From positions 13,772 through 77,771 of the forward strand of contig JAZLLQ010000020.1 in NCBI GenBank assembly GCA_045598245.1: 64,000 bases of DNA, given 5' to 3'. The first letter of the stretch is position 1. The number at the start of each line of letters is the position of its first letter. Below, one piece after another: positions 30,636 through 40,802 of this stretch. The translations under genes and the position numbers were made by a program. The notes beneath the pieces are model-generated. The model saw nothing but the letters and a program-made list of their open reading frames with translations, was not told where the DNA came from and made no database searches. This stretch comes from Candidatus Gastranaerophilales bacterium (GTDB lineage Bacteria > Cyanobacteriota > Vampirovibrionia > Gastranaerophilales > JAILCC01).

Positions 30636-32954
30636 TTATTGCTCTTCAGCCGGTGCAATGTATTTACATTCTTTATTTGAACATTCAATTTTTTCACCGC
30701 TTTTCAAAAACTTTTTAACTAATAAAGAATGGCATTTCGGGCATTTTTCTCCTGTAGGCAGGTTCCATAGAGCAAAATTGCAATTAGGATAGTTGTCGCA
30801 AGCGTAGAAAATTTTTCCGTAGCGTGACTTCTTTTCTACAATTTCCCCACCGCAGTTAGGACATTTTACGCCTGTTTTTACTTGTATTTTTTGTCTGTGT
30901 TTGCAATTTTCGTTTGAACATTGTAAATATTGCCCGTAAGGTCCTACTTTTATTGTCATTTCTGATTGACATTTGGGGCATTTTTCTTCTGTTTTTTGTT
31001 CAACAGCAGGAGTTTGCGTATTACCATCTTGAGTAGTTTGCGGCGGTGCGTTCAGCGGCAGCATCGTTTTACATTCAGGGTATCCGCTGCATCCCAAAAA
31101 TTGAGTTCCCCATCGGCTTGTTCTTATAACCATATCTTTGCCGCAGTTAGGGCATTTTACATCGGAAACTATGCTGACTTTTTCCATATTTGTTTTTGCA
31201 TTGTTAACCGTTTCCATAAATGGTGTGTAGAAATCGCTTATAGTTTTTTTCCAATTTTTTGAATTTTGTGCAATTTCGTCCAATTTACTTTCCATTTTTG
31301 CGGTAAAGTCATAGTTTATTATGTTTGCAAAATGCTTTGATAACTGTTCGTTAACGGTTTTTCCAAGCAAAGTCGGTTTAAGTGCCTTATCAATTTTTTC
31401 AATATATGCTTTAGTTTGAATTTTTGAAATGATTGGGGCATATGTACTCGGGCGACCTATTCCTTTTTCTTCAAGGACTTTAACCAAACTGGCTTCAGAA
31501 TATCTTGATGGTGGTTGAGTGAAATGTTGTGTCGGATTAAGTTTTTTTAAATTCAGAACATCACCTTTTTCAAATGCGGGAATGTTCCCTTCACGTTCAT
31601 TTTCATCCCTGTCATCATATACTATCAGGAATCCGTTAAAGTTAATTTTACTTGCAGCCATTCTGAATGTGTAATCTTCTGCGCCAATTTCAACGGAATT
31701 TGTTTCAACTTTTGCCGGAGTCATTTGGCTTGCCATAAATCTTGACCAAATCAGTTTGTAAAGTTTATACTGTTCTGATGTCAGATACTGTTTTATTGAC
31801 TCAGGTGTTCTTTCAATATATGAAGGTCTTATTGCTTCGTGTGCATCCTGAACATTTTTTCCTTTTTTTGTGTAGATATTTGGGGTTGAAGGATAATATT
31901 TGTCACCGAATTTATTTAAGATGAACTCTTTTGCCGCAGCTTGTGCATCATCGGAAATTCTTGTACTGTCGGTTCTCATATAAGTAATTAGACCGACCGT
32001 ACCATCAGCACCTAAATCTAATCCTTCATAAAGTTTTTGGGCTATTTGCATCGTTTTGGATACACCGTATCCGAGTTTGTTGGATGCTTCTCTTTGAAGA
32101 GTACTCGTGATAAACGGTGGTTGAGGTTTCCTTTGAGTTTCTTTCTTTGTAAGTTTTTCAACCTTAAATTCAATACCGTCTTTTGTTAAAGTTTTAACGA
32201 TTTTATCAGCTTCTTCCTGATTTTTTATTTCTATTTTTTTATCTTGAAATTTAGTGAGTTCTGCGGAAAAAACATGGGTAGATTTCTGTTTTGTTAAATC
32301 AGCGGCAATTTCCCAGTATTCCTGAGGTTTAAATGCTTCTATTTCAGCTTCTCTTTCGCATATTAATTTCAAGGCAACACTTTGTACTCTTCCTGCGGAG
32401 AGGTGATAGTTACGAAGTTTTTCCCATAATACAGGGCTGATTTTGTAGCCGACTATTCTGTCTAATATTTGTCTTGTTTGTTGAGAATAAACCCTGTCCA
32501 TATCAATACTTCTCGGGTTTTCTACAGCATGTAAAACTGCTTTTTGAGTAATTTCATTAAATTCTATACGCAAAATTTTATCCTGACTAACTCCCAAAAC
32601 CTGAGCAACATGCCATGCAATAGCTTCTCCCTCGCGGTCGGGGTCTGATGCGAGGTAAACTTTATCTGCTAACTTTGCGTTTTTTGAAAGTTCTGCAACT
32701 ACTTTTTTCTTTTCAGGTATTATTTCGTAAATAGGTTCAAAATCTTTTTTTAAATCAATACCGAGAACTTTTGGCGGAAAATCTCTGATATGACCGTAAC
32801 TTGCTAAGATTTTATAGTGGCTACCCAACATTTTGGTTATTGTTTTTGATTTTGCGGGAGATTCGACTATAACAAGGCAGTTCTCTTTTTTACCGCTTGT
32901 TTTAGTTTTTTTAGTTGTTCTCTCTTCTTTTGTTTCTTTTTTCTTTGTAACCAT
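30636..32954 (-). CDS. topA: DNA topoisomerase I
   Basis: IVESPAK, SDPDREGE, SAGRVQS, ITYMRTDS, C-terminal zinc ribbons. Confidence 0.98.
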   Translation of the reverse strand: MVTKKKETKEERTTKKTKTSGKKENCLVIVESPAKSKTITKMLGSHYKILASYGHIRDFPPKVLGIDLKKDFEPIYEIIPEKKKVVAELSKNAKLADKVYLASDPDREGEAIAWHVAQVLGVSQDKILRIEFNEITQKAVLHAVENPRSIDMDRVYSQQTRQILDRIVGYKISPVLWEKLRNYHLSAGRVQSVALKLICEREAEIEAFKPQEYWEIAADLTKQKSTHVFSAELTKFQDKKIEIKNQEEADKIVKTLTKDGIEFKVEKLTKKETQRKPQPPFITSTLQREASNKLGYGVSKTMQIAQKLYEGLDLGADGTVGLITYMRTDSTRISDDAQAAAKEFILNKFGDKYYPSTPNIYTKKGKNVQDAHEAIRPSYIERTPESIKQYLTSEQYKLYKLIWSRFMASQMTPAKVETNSVEIGAEDYTFRMAASKINFNGFLIVYDDRDENEREGNIPAFEKGDVLNLKKLNPTQHFTQPPSRYSEASLVKVLEEKGIGRPSTYAPIISKIQTKAYIEKIDKALKPTLLGKTVNEQLSKHFANIINYDFTAKMESKLDEIAQNSKNWKKTISDFYTPFMETVNNAKTNMEKVSIVSDVKCPNCGKDMVIRTSRWGTQFLGCSGYPECKTMLPLNAPPQTTQDGNTQTPAVEQKTEEKCPKCQSEMTIKVGPYGQYLQCSNENCKHRQKIQVKTGVKCPNCGGEIVEKKSRYGKIFYACDNYPNCNFALWNLPTGEKCPKCHSLLVKKFLKSGEKIECSNKECKYIAPAEEQ

Positions 32955-32956
32955 GT

Positions 32957-34048
32957 CTATACTTTCATATAAATTTCGCCGGGTAACTGTTTGATTATGC
33001 CTTTAAGTTCTAACATTGTCAATATTATCATCAAATCGTTTATGTTTATTTTTGACTGATTAGCTATTTTCTCTACGTTTGTGGGTTCATAGGCTATAAT
33101 GTCAACAACTGTTTGCTCATCTTCAGATAAATTTTCTGTCGATACTTCTTGCTCACTACTATTGTCAACCGATAAATTCAAATAGTCAATAATATCATCA
33201 CTGCATGTTACAAGACCGGCTCCTTCTTTTAATAATTTGTGAGTTCCCTGAGTATTAGGGTTAGACAAAAGTCCGGGCATGCACATTAACTCTTTGCCTT
33301 GCTCAAGACATAACCTTGCAGTTATCAAGGCACCGCTTTTTATATTAGCCTCAACAACGAGTGTGCCTTGAGAAAGTCCTGAAATTATTCTGTTTCTTTG
33401 AGGAAATCTGAAAACATCAGGCTCGGTTTCGGGATAATATTCGCTTAACAAGACACCGTTATTTTCCAAAACTTTTTTAAAAAGAGGGATATTTTGTTTC
33501 GGATAAAGATATTCAATTCCTCCACCTAAAACTACAATTGTTTCTAAATTTGCTTCTAATGCTCCAGTGTGTGCTGCTGTGTCTATACCGTATGCACCAC
33601 CGCTAACAATTATTGCATGAGTGTTTTTTAAACCGTTTATTATTGCTTTTGTGTTTTCCGTTGCACTGCTGCTGCATCTTCTGCTTCCCACAATTGCAAG
33701 CGTTTTAGTGAAGTCTTTGTTTAAAAAATTACCTTTATAAAATAAGATTGCAGGAGGATTATCTATTGTTCTGAGAGTTTCCGGATAAGCAGAGTCCTCG
33801 ATTGTAACAACTTTTATATCTTTCTTTAAAAATTCTTCTTCAATTTTATCAACATCAACATTTTTCTGATTATTTTTAAAATTAGATATGGTGGAATGTC
33901 TGAGTTGTTTTACTTCTTGCCAATCCAAAGCAGAAGCTATCCATGCTTCTTTCATGCTTTTAAAATGATTAAATATATCAAGTAAACTCGCAGAGCCAAC
34001 GCCCTCAAGTTTTGAAAAAGCTAACCAGTATTTTAATTCTTTATTCAT
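32957..34048 (-). CDS. dprA: DNA-processing protein DprA
   Basis: AIVGSR, IVSGGAYGID, FPQRNRIISGLS, SGALITA. Confidence 0.96.
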   Translation of the reverse strand: MNKELKYWLAFSKLEGVGSASLLDIFNHFKSMKEAWIASALDWQEVKQLRHSTISNFKNNQKNVDVDKIEEEFLKKDIKVVTIEDSAYPETLRTIDNPPAILFYKGNFLNKDFTKTLAIVGSRRCSSSATENTKAIINGLKNTHAIIVSGGAYGIDTAAHTGALEANLETIVVLGGGIEYLYPKQNIPLFKKVLENNGVLLSEYYPETEPDVFRFPQRNRIISGLSQGTLVVEANIKSGALITARLCLEQGKELMCMPGLLSNPNTQGTHKLLKEGAGLVTCSDDIIDYLNLSVDNSSEQEVSTENLSEDEQTVVDIIAYEPTNVEKIANQSKININDLMIILTMLELKGIIKQLPGEIYMKV

Positions 34049-34076
34049 ATATAAAGATTAACATAAAATTTGAAAT

Positions 34077-34343
34077 TTATGCCAATTTTTTAGCTTTTAC
34101 CGTTAATTCAGGTTCACCAATTTCTTTTAGCAGGCACTTAACGACTTTTGGCATTTGGCAAACAAAAGAATAGTTGCCTGAATTTATGGTGCATTCCGAA
34201 CAATTATGATTACTTCTGTAACAAGCTATTGCTTGTTTAGTCCAATTTTTACTTATTGATACGGAGAGTTGTTTCTTTTTTGATTTGTATTTGCGTTCTT
34301 GAGCCGGTTTTACCCCTGTGGTAGATTTTCTGGTTAATGTCAT
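34077..34343 (-). CDS. Small Cys-cluster hypothetical protein
   Basis: WT...C-x6-CxxC-x10-C motif after a basic N-terminus. Confidence 0.65.
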   Translation of the reverse strand: MTLTRKSTTGVKPAQERKYKSKKKQLSVSISKNWTKQAIACYRSNHNCSECTINSGNYSFVCQMPKVVKCLLKEIGEPELTVKAKKLA

Positions 34344-34462
34344 ATTTTAATTCACCTAAATAACTGATACTCCTATATCCTACAAGCAACAGATACATAA
34401 TAAATCATCTTAACAGTTGAAATTTATTGTATTTTTAATTTGCAATTTATTTAAGCTGAATA

Positions 34463-37400
34463 TTATTTCAATAATTGCAATGCTATTTCAGGGATTATGT
34501 TGGCTTGTGCCAATATTGAACTTGTTGCACTTTGCAGAATTTTTTGTCTTGTTAACATTGCAGTTTCGCTTGCGAAATCCGTATCGACTATTGTTGAATG
34601 AGAAGAACTCAGATTTTCAACTTTTGTTTCAAGTGAACCTACAACACTTTCCATGATATTTTGTGTTGTACCGAATTGAGAGCGTACAGACGATAATTTA
34701 TTTATCAATTCATCGGTTTTATCTAATGTTTCTGACGCTTGTTCTCTTGTTGAAACATCAGCGTTATATTCTAAGGCAAATACGGTATCAACCTTTACCC
34801 TGTCATTTTTTGTTCCGTCTGCTCCTATTTGAAATTGGATTGGGTCATGTGGTCTTGGTGTATTTTTTAATTCCGGCGGATTATAGCCGTAAGTGTACAA
34901 ATCGCCTAAAAATTGCAGATTATTACTGTCTTTAAACCATTTAGAGTTATGTCCTTCTACGCCTTCTTCTTCTGTTCTTACGTTCGGTGCTTGTTCAGAG
35001 TTTGAGTAGCAGTTTTCAACATCGCTGTATCTATTGTAAGAGATGAATGCTCCTGTATTTGCACCTTCAGTCGTTACTTTGCCTGAGCTGTAACAGTCAC
35101 TTATATAGCCTATATTGTCAAAACCTACAAACCCTCCTGCATAATCTTTAGCAGATACATTACCTGTTGAATATGATGAAATAATATTGCCCAGATAGTT
35201 TGTACCTACGGCACCACCTGCAATATTACCTTTTGTACTTACATCCCCGAGAGAATAGCTGTTTGAAATTGTAGCTGAATTATAACCTACCAGACCGCCG
35301 GCCCATGCAGTTGAATCTACAGAAGAATTAACATCGCCGGTTGCGAAGCATTCGTTAATAATTGAACCATAATAATTGTAACCTACCAGACCACCTGCAG
35401 AATCACCGGAAGCTGTTATATTCCCTTTAGCATACGAATTAGAAATGTTTGAATTTTTATTTTCTCCGACAAGTCCTCCTATATTCATTTGCCCTGATGT
35501 GTTACCTGTTGCCCTTGATTTTATTACATCCGTACCTTCATTGTAGCCGATGAGTCCACCAACGTCATGTTCTGTTCCTATTACTTCTCCTGATGCGTCA
35601 CAATTTTCGATTATGTTGTTATTTCCTACAGAGTGACCGACTAACCCTCCGACAGCGAGTGTTCCGTTTACTTTACCACATGCGGAAGAATTAGATATGT
35701 CTGATGTGTAGTTCCAGCCTACCAAACCTCCGGTTCTCATGTCAGTTCCTGTAGTTGTACCGTTTGATGTTGAATTTTTAACATTACTGTCAAGAGTGCA
35801 ACCTATAAGACCGCCTGTTATGCCAACTCCTGTTATATTGCCTGTTGCGGATGAATTTTCAATTGTACTTGATTCAACCATGCCAACAAGTCCGCCGCCA
35901 TAATTCCCATTGTTAGTTACGTTACCTGTTGCTGATGAGTTTATAATGGAACTGTTAGAAGTAACATCACCGGACAGTCCTCCGACATAATTTTGTCCGG
36001 CTACATTTCCTGTGGCAATGGAATTACTTATACTGCTGTTATTTGTTATTAATCCGGTAAGTCCTCCGACTGTTGAGCTTTCTGACTGTACATCGCCTGT
36101 TGCTTTTGAATTTGATATTTGTGTATTGTCCGCATAGGCTACAAGTCCTCCCGCACATATAACAGAAGATGATGCTTTACCTGCGGCACTTGAATCGGTT
36201 ATATCTGTATTTAGCGAATATCCGATAAGTCCTCCGCTCCAACTGCCACCGTCAACATTACCTGATGCTGATGAATTAATAATGTTAGAATTTATTGTAG
36301 CACCAATTAGTCCTCCGCTATTATCTCCTGTAGATATTACATTTCCAGATGCTGTTGAATCGGATATACTTCCTTCATTAATGTAGCCGCTTAAACCTCC
36401 GACTTGAGAACTGCCGGTTACATTGCCTGTTGCTGATGAATTTGATACTGTTGTATTGTTATTTATCCATCCGACTAAGCCTCCTGTACATTCTTGACCT
36501 GTAACATTTCCGTTAGCGATACAATTTTCAATTTTGCTGTTGTCGTATGCACTGGCAACAAGGCTTCCTGTGTAGTTTTTTCCGCTTACATTGGCATCTG
36601 ACGTACAGTTTTTGATAGTGCCACCTGTTAAGAAACAAGTTAAACCACCATTTTTGTCCGCAGATGAATTGATATTTCCTGATACATAGCAGTTTTCAAC
36701 AGTACCTGAAACCATATAGCTTAATGCTCCGCATGTTCCGATACTGTTTATACTGACATTTTCAAGAGAGAGGTTTTTGATTGTTCCCGATATATCATGG
36801 AACATTCCGAAATAGTCTTTTCCTTCTATATTTTGGACATTTTTTACAGCATATCCGTTACCGTTGAGTTCTCCTTCAAAATTATACCTTGCCCAACTTT
36901 CCACTTCAGAAAAATCAATATCGCACATTAAGCAGTATTTACCGCTTGTATTTGAAAGTATATTTGCAAAGTCATCCGCATTTTTTATTACACTGTATCC
37001 TTGGGCAATAGCTTCTTCTTCGGTTATGGCTGTTACTTTGTGAAAACCTATATCTCCTGTAGGTCCTGTTTTTCCTGCCGGTCCCATTTCTCCGGCGGGT
37101 CCGAGAGGTTCTATTGAACCTATTTTATTTTCTTTGTCTGTTCCGTTACTTTGAGTAAGCGAATTTGTCAGGCTATTTGTGCTGAATAATAACAATGGGG
37201 TTTCTTCGACAGTGTCTCTAACAAGTTTTTTTACTGCATGCTCATCGTCTCCAAAAATTTTGATATCATTGAATTTTGCTGAATTTTTCTGCCTGTACAT
37301 TTCTTGAACAAGATTTTCAACTTCGGTTTGCAACATGCCTCTTTCTATATCAGAATAAGTATCATTCATTGATTCAAGGCATAATTCCCTGATACGTTGC

Positions 37401-37663
37401 GCCATTGTCTGCATTTCATCTAGTGCGGATTCTGCTGTACCAATAAGGCTTATGCTGTGTTGGACATTATCTATTGCAACATTTGAACCTGAGAGTTTGC
37501 AACTTATTTTTTTAGATATTGATAAATTTGCAGCATCATCCGAGGCATGGTTAATCTTAAAACCGGTTGAAAGTCTTTCTATTGAAGTTTTCACACCGCT
37601 GTTAGCCATTGTTAAATGTCTTTGCGCAACTATTGAACTTATGTTAGTGTTAACTGAAATCAA
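34463..37663 (-). CDS. Giant flagellin with GLUG-repeat insertion
   Basis: Flagellin N-domain (VNTN, ERLSTGFKINHASDDAA) and C-domain (FQIGAD, RSQFG, DTDFASE) flank about 780 aa with many GGL[VI]G repeats. Confidence 0.92.
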   Translation of the reverse strand: MISVNTNISSIVAQRHLTMANSGVKTSIERLSTGFKINHASDDAANLSISKKISCKLSGSNVAIDNVQHSISLIGTAESALDEMQTMAQRIRELCLESMNDTYSDIERGMLQTEVENLVQEMYRQKNSAKFNDIKIFGDDEHAVKKLVRDTVEETPLLLFSTNSLTNSLTQSNGTDKENKIGSIEPLGPAGEMGPAGKTGPTGDIGFHKVTAITEEEAIAQGYSVIKNADDFANILSNTSGKYCLMCDIDFSEVESWARYNFEGELNGNGYAVKNVQNIEGKDYFGMFHDISGTIKNLSLENVSINSIGTCGALSYMVSGTVENCYVSGNINSSADKNGGLTCFLTGGTIKNCTSDANVSGKNYTGSLVASAYDNSKIENCIANGNVTGQECTGGLVGWINNNTTVSNSSATGNVTGSSQVGGLSGYINEGSISDSTASGNVISTGDNSGGLIGATINSNIINSSASGNVDGGSWSGGLIGYSLNTDITDSSAAGKASSSVICAGGLVAYADNTQISNSKATGDVQSESSTVGGLTGLITNNSSISNSIATGNVAGQNYVGGLSGDVTSNSSIINSSATGNVTNNGNYGGGLVGMVESSTIENSSATGNITGVGITGGLIGCTLDSNVKNSTSNGTTTGTDMRTGGLVGWNYTSDISNSSACGKVNGTLAVGGLVGHSVGNNNIIENCDASGEVIGTEHDVGGLIGYNEGTDVIKSRATGNTSGQMNIGGLVGENKNSNISNSYAKGNITASGDSAGGLVGYNYYGSIINECFATGDVNSSVDSTAWAGGLVGYNSATISNSYSLGDVSTKGNIAGGAVGTNYLGNIISSYSTGNVSAKDYAGGFVGFDNIGYISDCYSSGKVTTEGANTGAFISYNRYSDVENCYSNSEQAPNVRTEEEGVEGHNSKWFKDSNNLQFLGDLYTYGYNPPELKNTPRPHDPIQFQIGADGTKNDRVKVDTVFALEYNADVSTREQASETLDKTDELINKLSSVRSQFGTTQNIMESVVGSLETKVENLSSSHSTIVDTDFASETAMLTRQKILQSATSSILAQANIIPEIALQLLK

Positions 37664-37684
37664 ATGTTCATTCCTTTGATATTA

Positions 37685-37707
37685 AGACTGAAATCCTTTT
37701 GCAGTCT
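37685..37707 (-). promoter_or_regulatory. Candidate CsrA-binding hairpin in the second flagellin leader
   Basis: AGACTG-CAAAAGGATTT-CAGTCT, AAGGA in the loop, then AAGGA SD. Confidence 0.55.
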
Positions 37708-37780
37708 GATAATGTGAGTTGATTAATGGAGTTTTACAACTTTTGTTTGTTTAAAACTTTTGTATGGTTGTACATATCTT

Positions 37781-37807
37781 TTATCGGCTCGGTAGGAAAA
37801 AACTTTA
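37781..37807 (-). promoter_or_regulatory. Sigma28 (FliA) promoter
   Basis: Exact extended consensus TAAAGTTT-N11-GCCGATAA. Confidence 0.9.
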
Positions 37808-37931
37808 TACTCCGAACGTAGGATTTTTGTTCTTTAAAATTATTAATTTTGTTTAAAAATTTACAAATTTTTTACAGTACATATTTCTTTTATTTGTTAT
37901 AATGTAGAAAAATTATATAGAAGGAGAAGGT

Positions 37932-38906
37932 ATGATTAGAGTTGGAATTTTAGGTTATGGGAATTTGGGCAGAGGCGTTGAAAACGCAATAAGATTTAAT
38001 AAAGATATGCAATTAAATGCTATTTTTACCAGAAGAAATCCTGCTGATTTAAAAGTTAATTCTCAGGCAAAAGTTGTTTCAGTTAATGATATTGAACAGT
38101 GGAAGGATGATACTGATGTCTTGATTATATGCGGAGGGTCGGCTACCGATTTGCCCAAACAGACTCCTCAATATGCAGAGATGTTCAATGTCGTGGACAG
38201 TTTCGATAATCACAAAAAAATTCCGGAACACTTTGATAATGTTGATAAAGCTGCCCAAAAGGGTAATAAGGTCGCAATTATTTCAGTAGGTTGGGATCCA
38301 GGCATTTTCTCAATGATGAGAGCACTCGGTAACATCGTACTTCCTGAAGGAAAAGATTATACCTTCTGGGGTAAAGGCGTTAGTCAGGGACACTCGGATG
38401 CAATAAGAAGAATTAATGGAGTTAAAAATGCAAAACAATATACAATTCCTGTTGAAGAATCTTTAAAAGCTGTAAGAAACGGAGAAAATCCTGATTTAAC
38501 AACAAGACAAAAACACACTCGTGAATGTTTTGTTGTTCTTGAAGATGGCGCTGATCCCAAAGCAGTCGAAGAAGAAATAAAAACAATGCCTAATTACTTT
38601 GCAGATTATGATACTACGGTTCATTTTATTTCGGAAGAAGAATTAATTAAAAATCATTCAGGTATTCCTCATGGCGGTTTTGTTATAAGGTCGGGTAAGA
38701 CTTCCGATAAAAATAATCACGTTATGGAATTTAGTTTGAAATTAGAGTCAAACCCGGAATTTACCTCAAGTGTTTTGGTAGCTTTTGCAAGAGCGGCTGC
38801 AAGATTAAGCAGAGAAGGACAAAAAGGTTGTAAAACACTTTTTGATATACCGTTAGGTTACTTATCTCCAAAATCTCCCGAAGAATTAAGAAAAACAATG
38901 TTATAA
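37932..38906 (+). CDS. ddh: meso-Diaminopimelate dehydrogenase
   Basis: GYGNLG, VDSFDNH, GWDPG, FWGKGVSQGHSDA, NPEFTSS. Confidence 0.96.
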   Translation: MIRVGILGYGNLGRGVENAIRFNKDMQLNAIFTRRNPADLKVNSQAKVVSVNDIEQWKDDTDVLIICGGSATDLPKQTPQYAEMFNVVDSFDNHKKIPEHFDNVDKAAQKGNKVAIISVGWDPGIFSMMRALGNIVLPEGKDYTFWGKGVSQGHSDAIRRINGVKNAKQYTIPVEESLKAVRNGENPDLTTRQKHTRECFVVLEDGADPKAVEEEIKTMPNYFADYDTTVHFISEEELIKNHSGIPHGGFVIRSGKTSDKNNHVMEFSLKLESNPEFTSSVLVAFARAAARLSREGQKGCKTLFDIPLGYLSPKSPEELRKTML

Positions 38907-38921
38907 TTAATAATTAAAACT

Positions 38922-38960
38922 AAAGCTACGGTTGATATGAATGTCGACCGTAGCTTTTTT
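38922..38960 (+). terminator. Rho-independent terminator
   Basis: aaagctacggttga...tcgaccgtagctttttt. Confidence 0.8.
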
Positions 38961-39066
38961 TATGACTATAATCTGTCGGGTTAATAAAAATAGTAACAGG
39001 TGCAATTCAAAATAATTTTGCGTTTAAGTATATTATTTTTGAAGAGATGTTATTGAGGAGGATGAT

Positions 39067-39939
39067 ATGGAGTTAACATTTAAAGCACCTTGTGCGGAAC
39101 TTGTAAATTTAGATAATTTGTGGCTGCAATTAAGTAATATTGCTTGTAATATAAAGTGCAAACATTGTTTTTTAGATTGTCACCAAGATACAAAGAAAAG
39201 AAATTTTTTGCCTTTGAATAAAATTGATGAAACCCTGAAGTGCGATTTGAAAAATTTAAAAAATATATATTTAACCGGTGGTGAACCGTTTTTGCATCCT
39301 GATTTTTATGAAATTATACGAAAATCTTTAGCTAAGGCAAATGTTATAATACATACAAACGGCACTTTGATTAATGAAAAAAAATTAAAAATAATAAAAT
39401 CTATTGAAGGTGCTTCAAAGCATACTGTTTCATTTACTCTTAGTTTAGACCATTTTACAGAGGGCAGAAATGACGAGTATCGAGCAAGAGGTGTTTTCAA
39501 AAAGGTCATCAATGCACTTTTGCTTCTTCAAAGAAACAATTTTGAAACGAGTTTAACATGTGTAAATTTAAAAAATGAGGACGAAGATATCTTAAGAGAT
39601 GGCTTTATTGCTTTGTTTAGCAGGCATGGTATTAAAATGAATATATCTGATTTAAAGATAATTCCAATGTTAAAAATAGGGTCTTATTCTAAGTATTACA
39701 ACATATCTGATTTAAAAAAAACTGTGACATTTAATGATTTAAAAGATTTTAATTACGAAAATCTCGACTGCAAAAGTTCAAGAGTTTTGACTGTGAATGG
39801 TGTGTATTCTTGTCCTGCATTGGTTAGTGACCCAAGAGGAAGGGTGGGACAAACATTATCAAATTCCGAGAAAAAAGTTTATTTGGAAACCGAAACATGT
39901 TATGACTGTATATCAAGAAAAGAAAAGCTGTTTGGCTAA
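39067..39939 (+). CDS. Radical SAM protein of unknown function
   Basis: CNIKCKHC, TGGEPF, TNG; C-terminal Cys (C..C..CxxC). Confidence 0.88.
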   Translation: MELTFKAPCAELVNLDNLWLQLSNIACNIKCKHCFLDCHQDTKKRNFLPLNKIDETLKCDLKNLKNIYLTGGEPFLHPDFYEIIRKSLAKANVIIHTNGTLINEKKLKIIKSIEGASKHTVSFTLSLDHFTEGRNDEYRARGVFKKVINALLLLQRNNFETSLTCVNLKNEDEDILRDGFIALFSRHGIKMNISDLKIIPMLKIGSYSKYYNISDLKKTVTFNDLKDFNYENLDCKSSRVLTVNGVYSCPALVSDPRGRVGQTLSNSEKKVYLETETCYDCISRKEKLFG

Positions 39940-40802
39940 ATTATAGTTTTTAAAGGCTTGTCCGAATCTTTCAGTTTTTCATAAAATCTTGAGTTGATTT
40001 CTCCGCCCAAAAGCAAGATAAGGGATGTATAATACAGCCAAATTAGAAATATTGCCAGAACACCCATTGCTCCGAAGAACTTGTTATACATATTGATATG
40101 GTTCAAATATATACCGTACAACCAGGATGACAGTAACCACGCAAAACAAAAGAAAAATGTTCCCGGAATTGCCGCAAAGAATTTTGCACGTTTAGTCCCT
40201 TTGATATTTGGCATAAAATAGTAATTAACAAAAAACACCGAATAGAGTGCAAAGAAAATCAAAGGCCACCTTAACACGGAAATCATTGCAATAGTTATCG
40301 GCGGTAAAATGTTTAGGCTTGATATATAACCTAAAATTATTTTCCCGAATACTACTGCGTTTGTTCCTATAAAAATTACAAATGCAATAAGAAATAAAAA
40401 TGCCACGGATAAAAGTCTTGTGTACCATATTGGTCTGGTTTCTTCAACATGGTATGCTCTGTTTAAGCCTTTTATCAATGCAAACATTGCATTTGAAGCG
40501 ATGAACATTGCGAGGAAAAATGTTAATGTTAAAAACCCGTTATTATCGCTTGCTATGATTTCATTAAGCCTTGTTGCTATATATTCATGTACAAACGAAG
40601 GTATTATCGGAGTAAAGTATTTAATTATGCTGTATATTAAATTTTCCGTATTGAAAATTTTGAATAATGAAACTACAAAAATTAAAAACGGAAAAAATGA
40701 GAATATTGTATAGAATGCCATTTCGGCTGATAAACCCATAAAATCCTGTTCAAATACTGCAAAAAAACTTGTTTTTATAAATCTGCAAATTCTTCCAAAC
40801 AT
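39936..40802 (-). CDS. YihY/virulence factor BrkB family membrane protein
   Basis: AEMAFY..FS.FPFL, GLNRAY, LIWLYY..LILLLGGEIN. Confidence 0.92.
   Translation of the reverse strand: MFGRICRFIKTSFFAVFEQDFMGLSAEMAFYTIFSFFPFLIFVVSLFKIFNTENLIYSIIKYFTPIIPSFVHEYIATRLNEIIASDNNGFLTLTFFLAMFIASNAMFALIKGLNRAYHVEETRPIWYTRLLSVAFLFLIAFVIFIGTNAVVFGKIILGYISSLNILPPITIAMISVLRWPLIFFALYSVFFVNYYFMPNIKGTKRAKFFAAIPGTFFFCFAWLLSSWLYGIYLNHINMYNKFFGAMGVLAIFLIWLYYTSLILLLGGEINSRFYEKLKDSDKPLKTII

Noticed and set aside
34850-37240. Flagellinolysin-type protease in the flagellin insert
   Set aside because: No HExxH zinc motif was found in the insert
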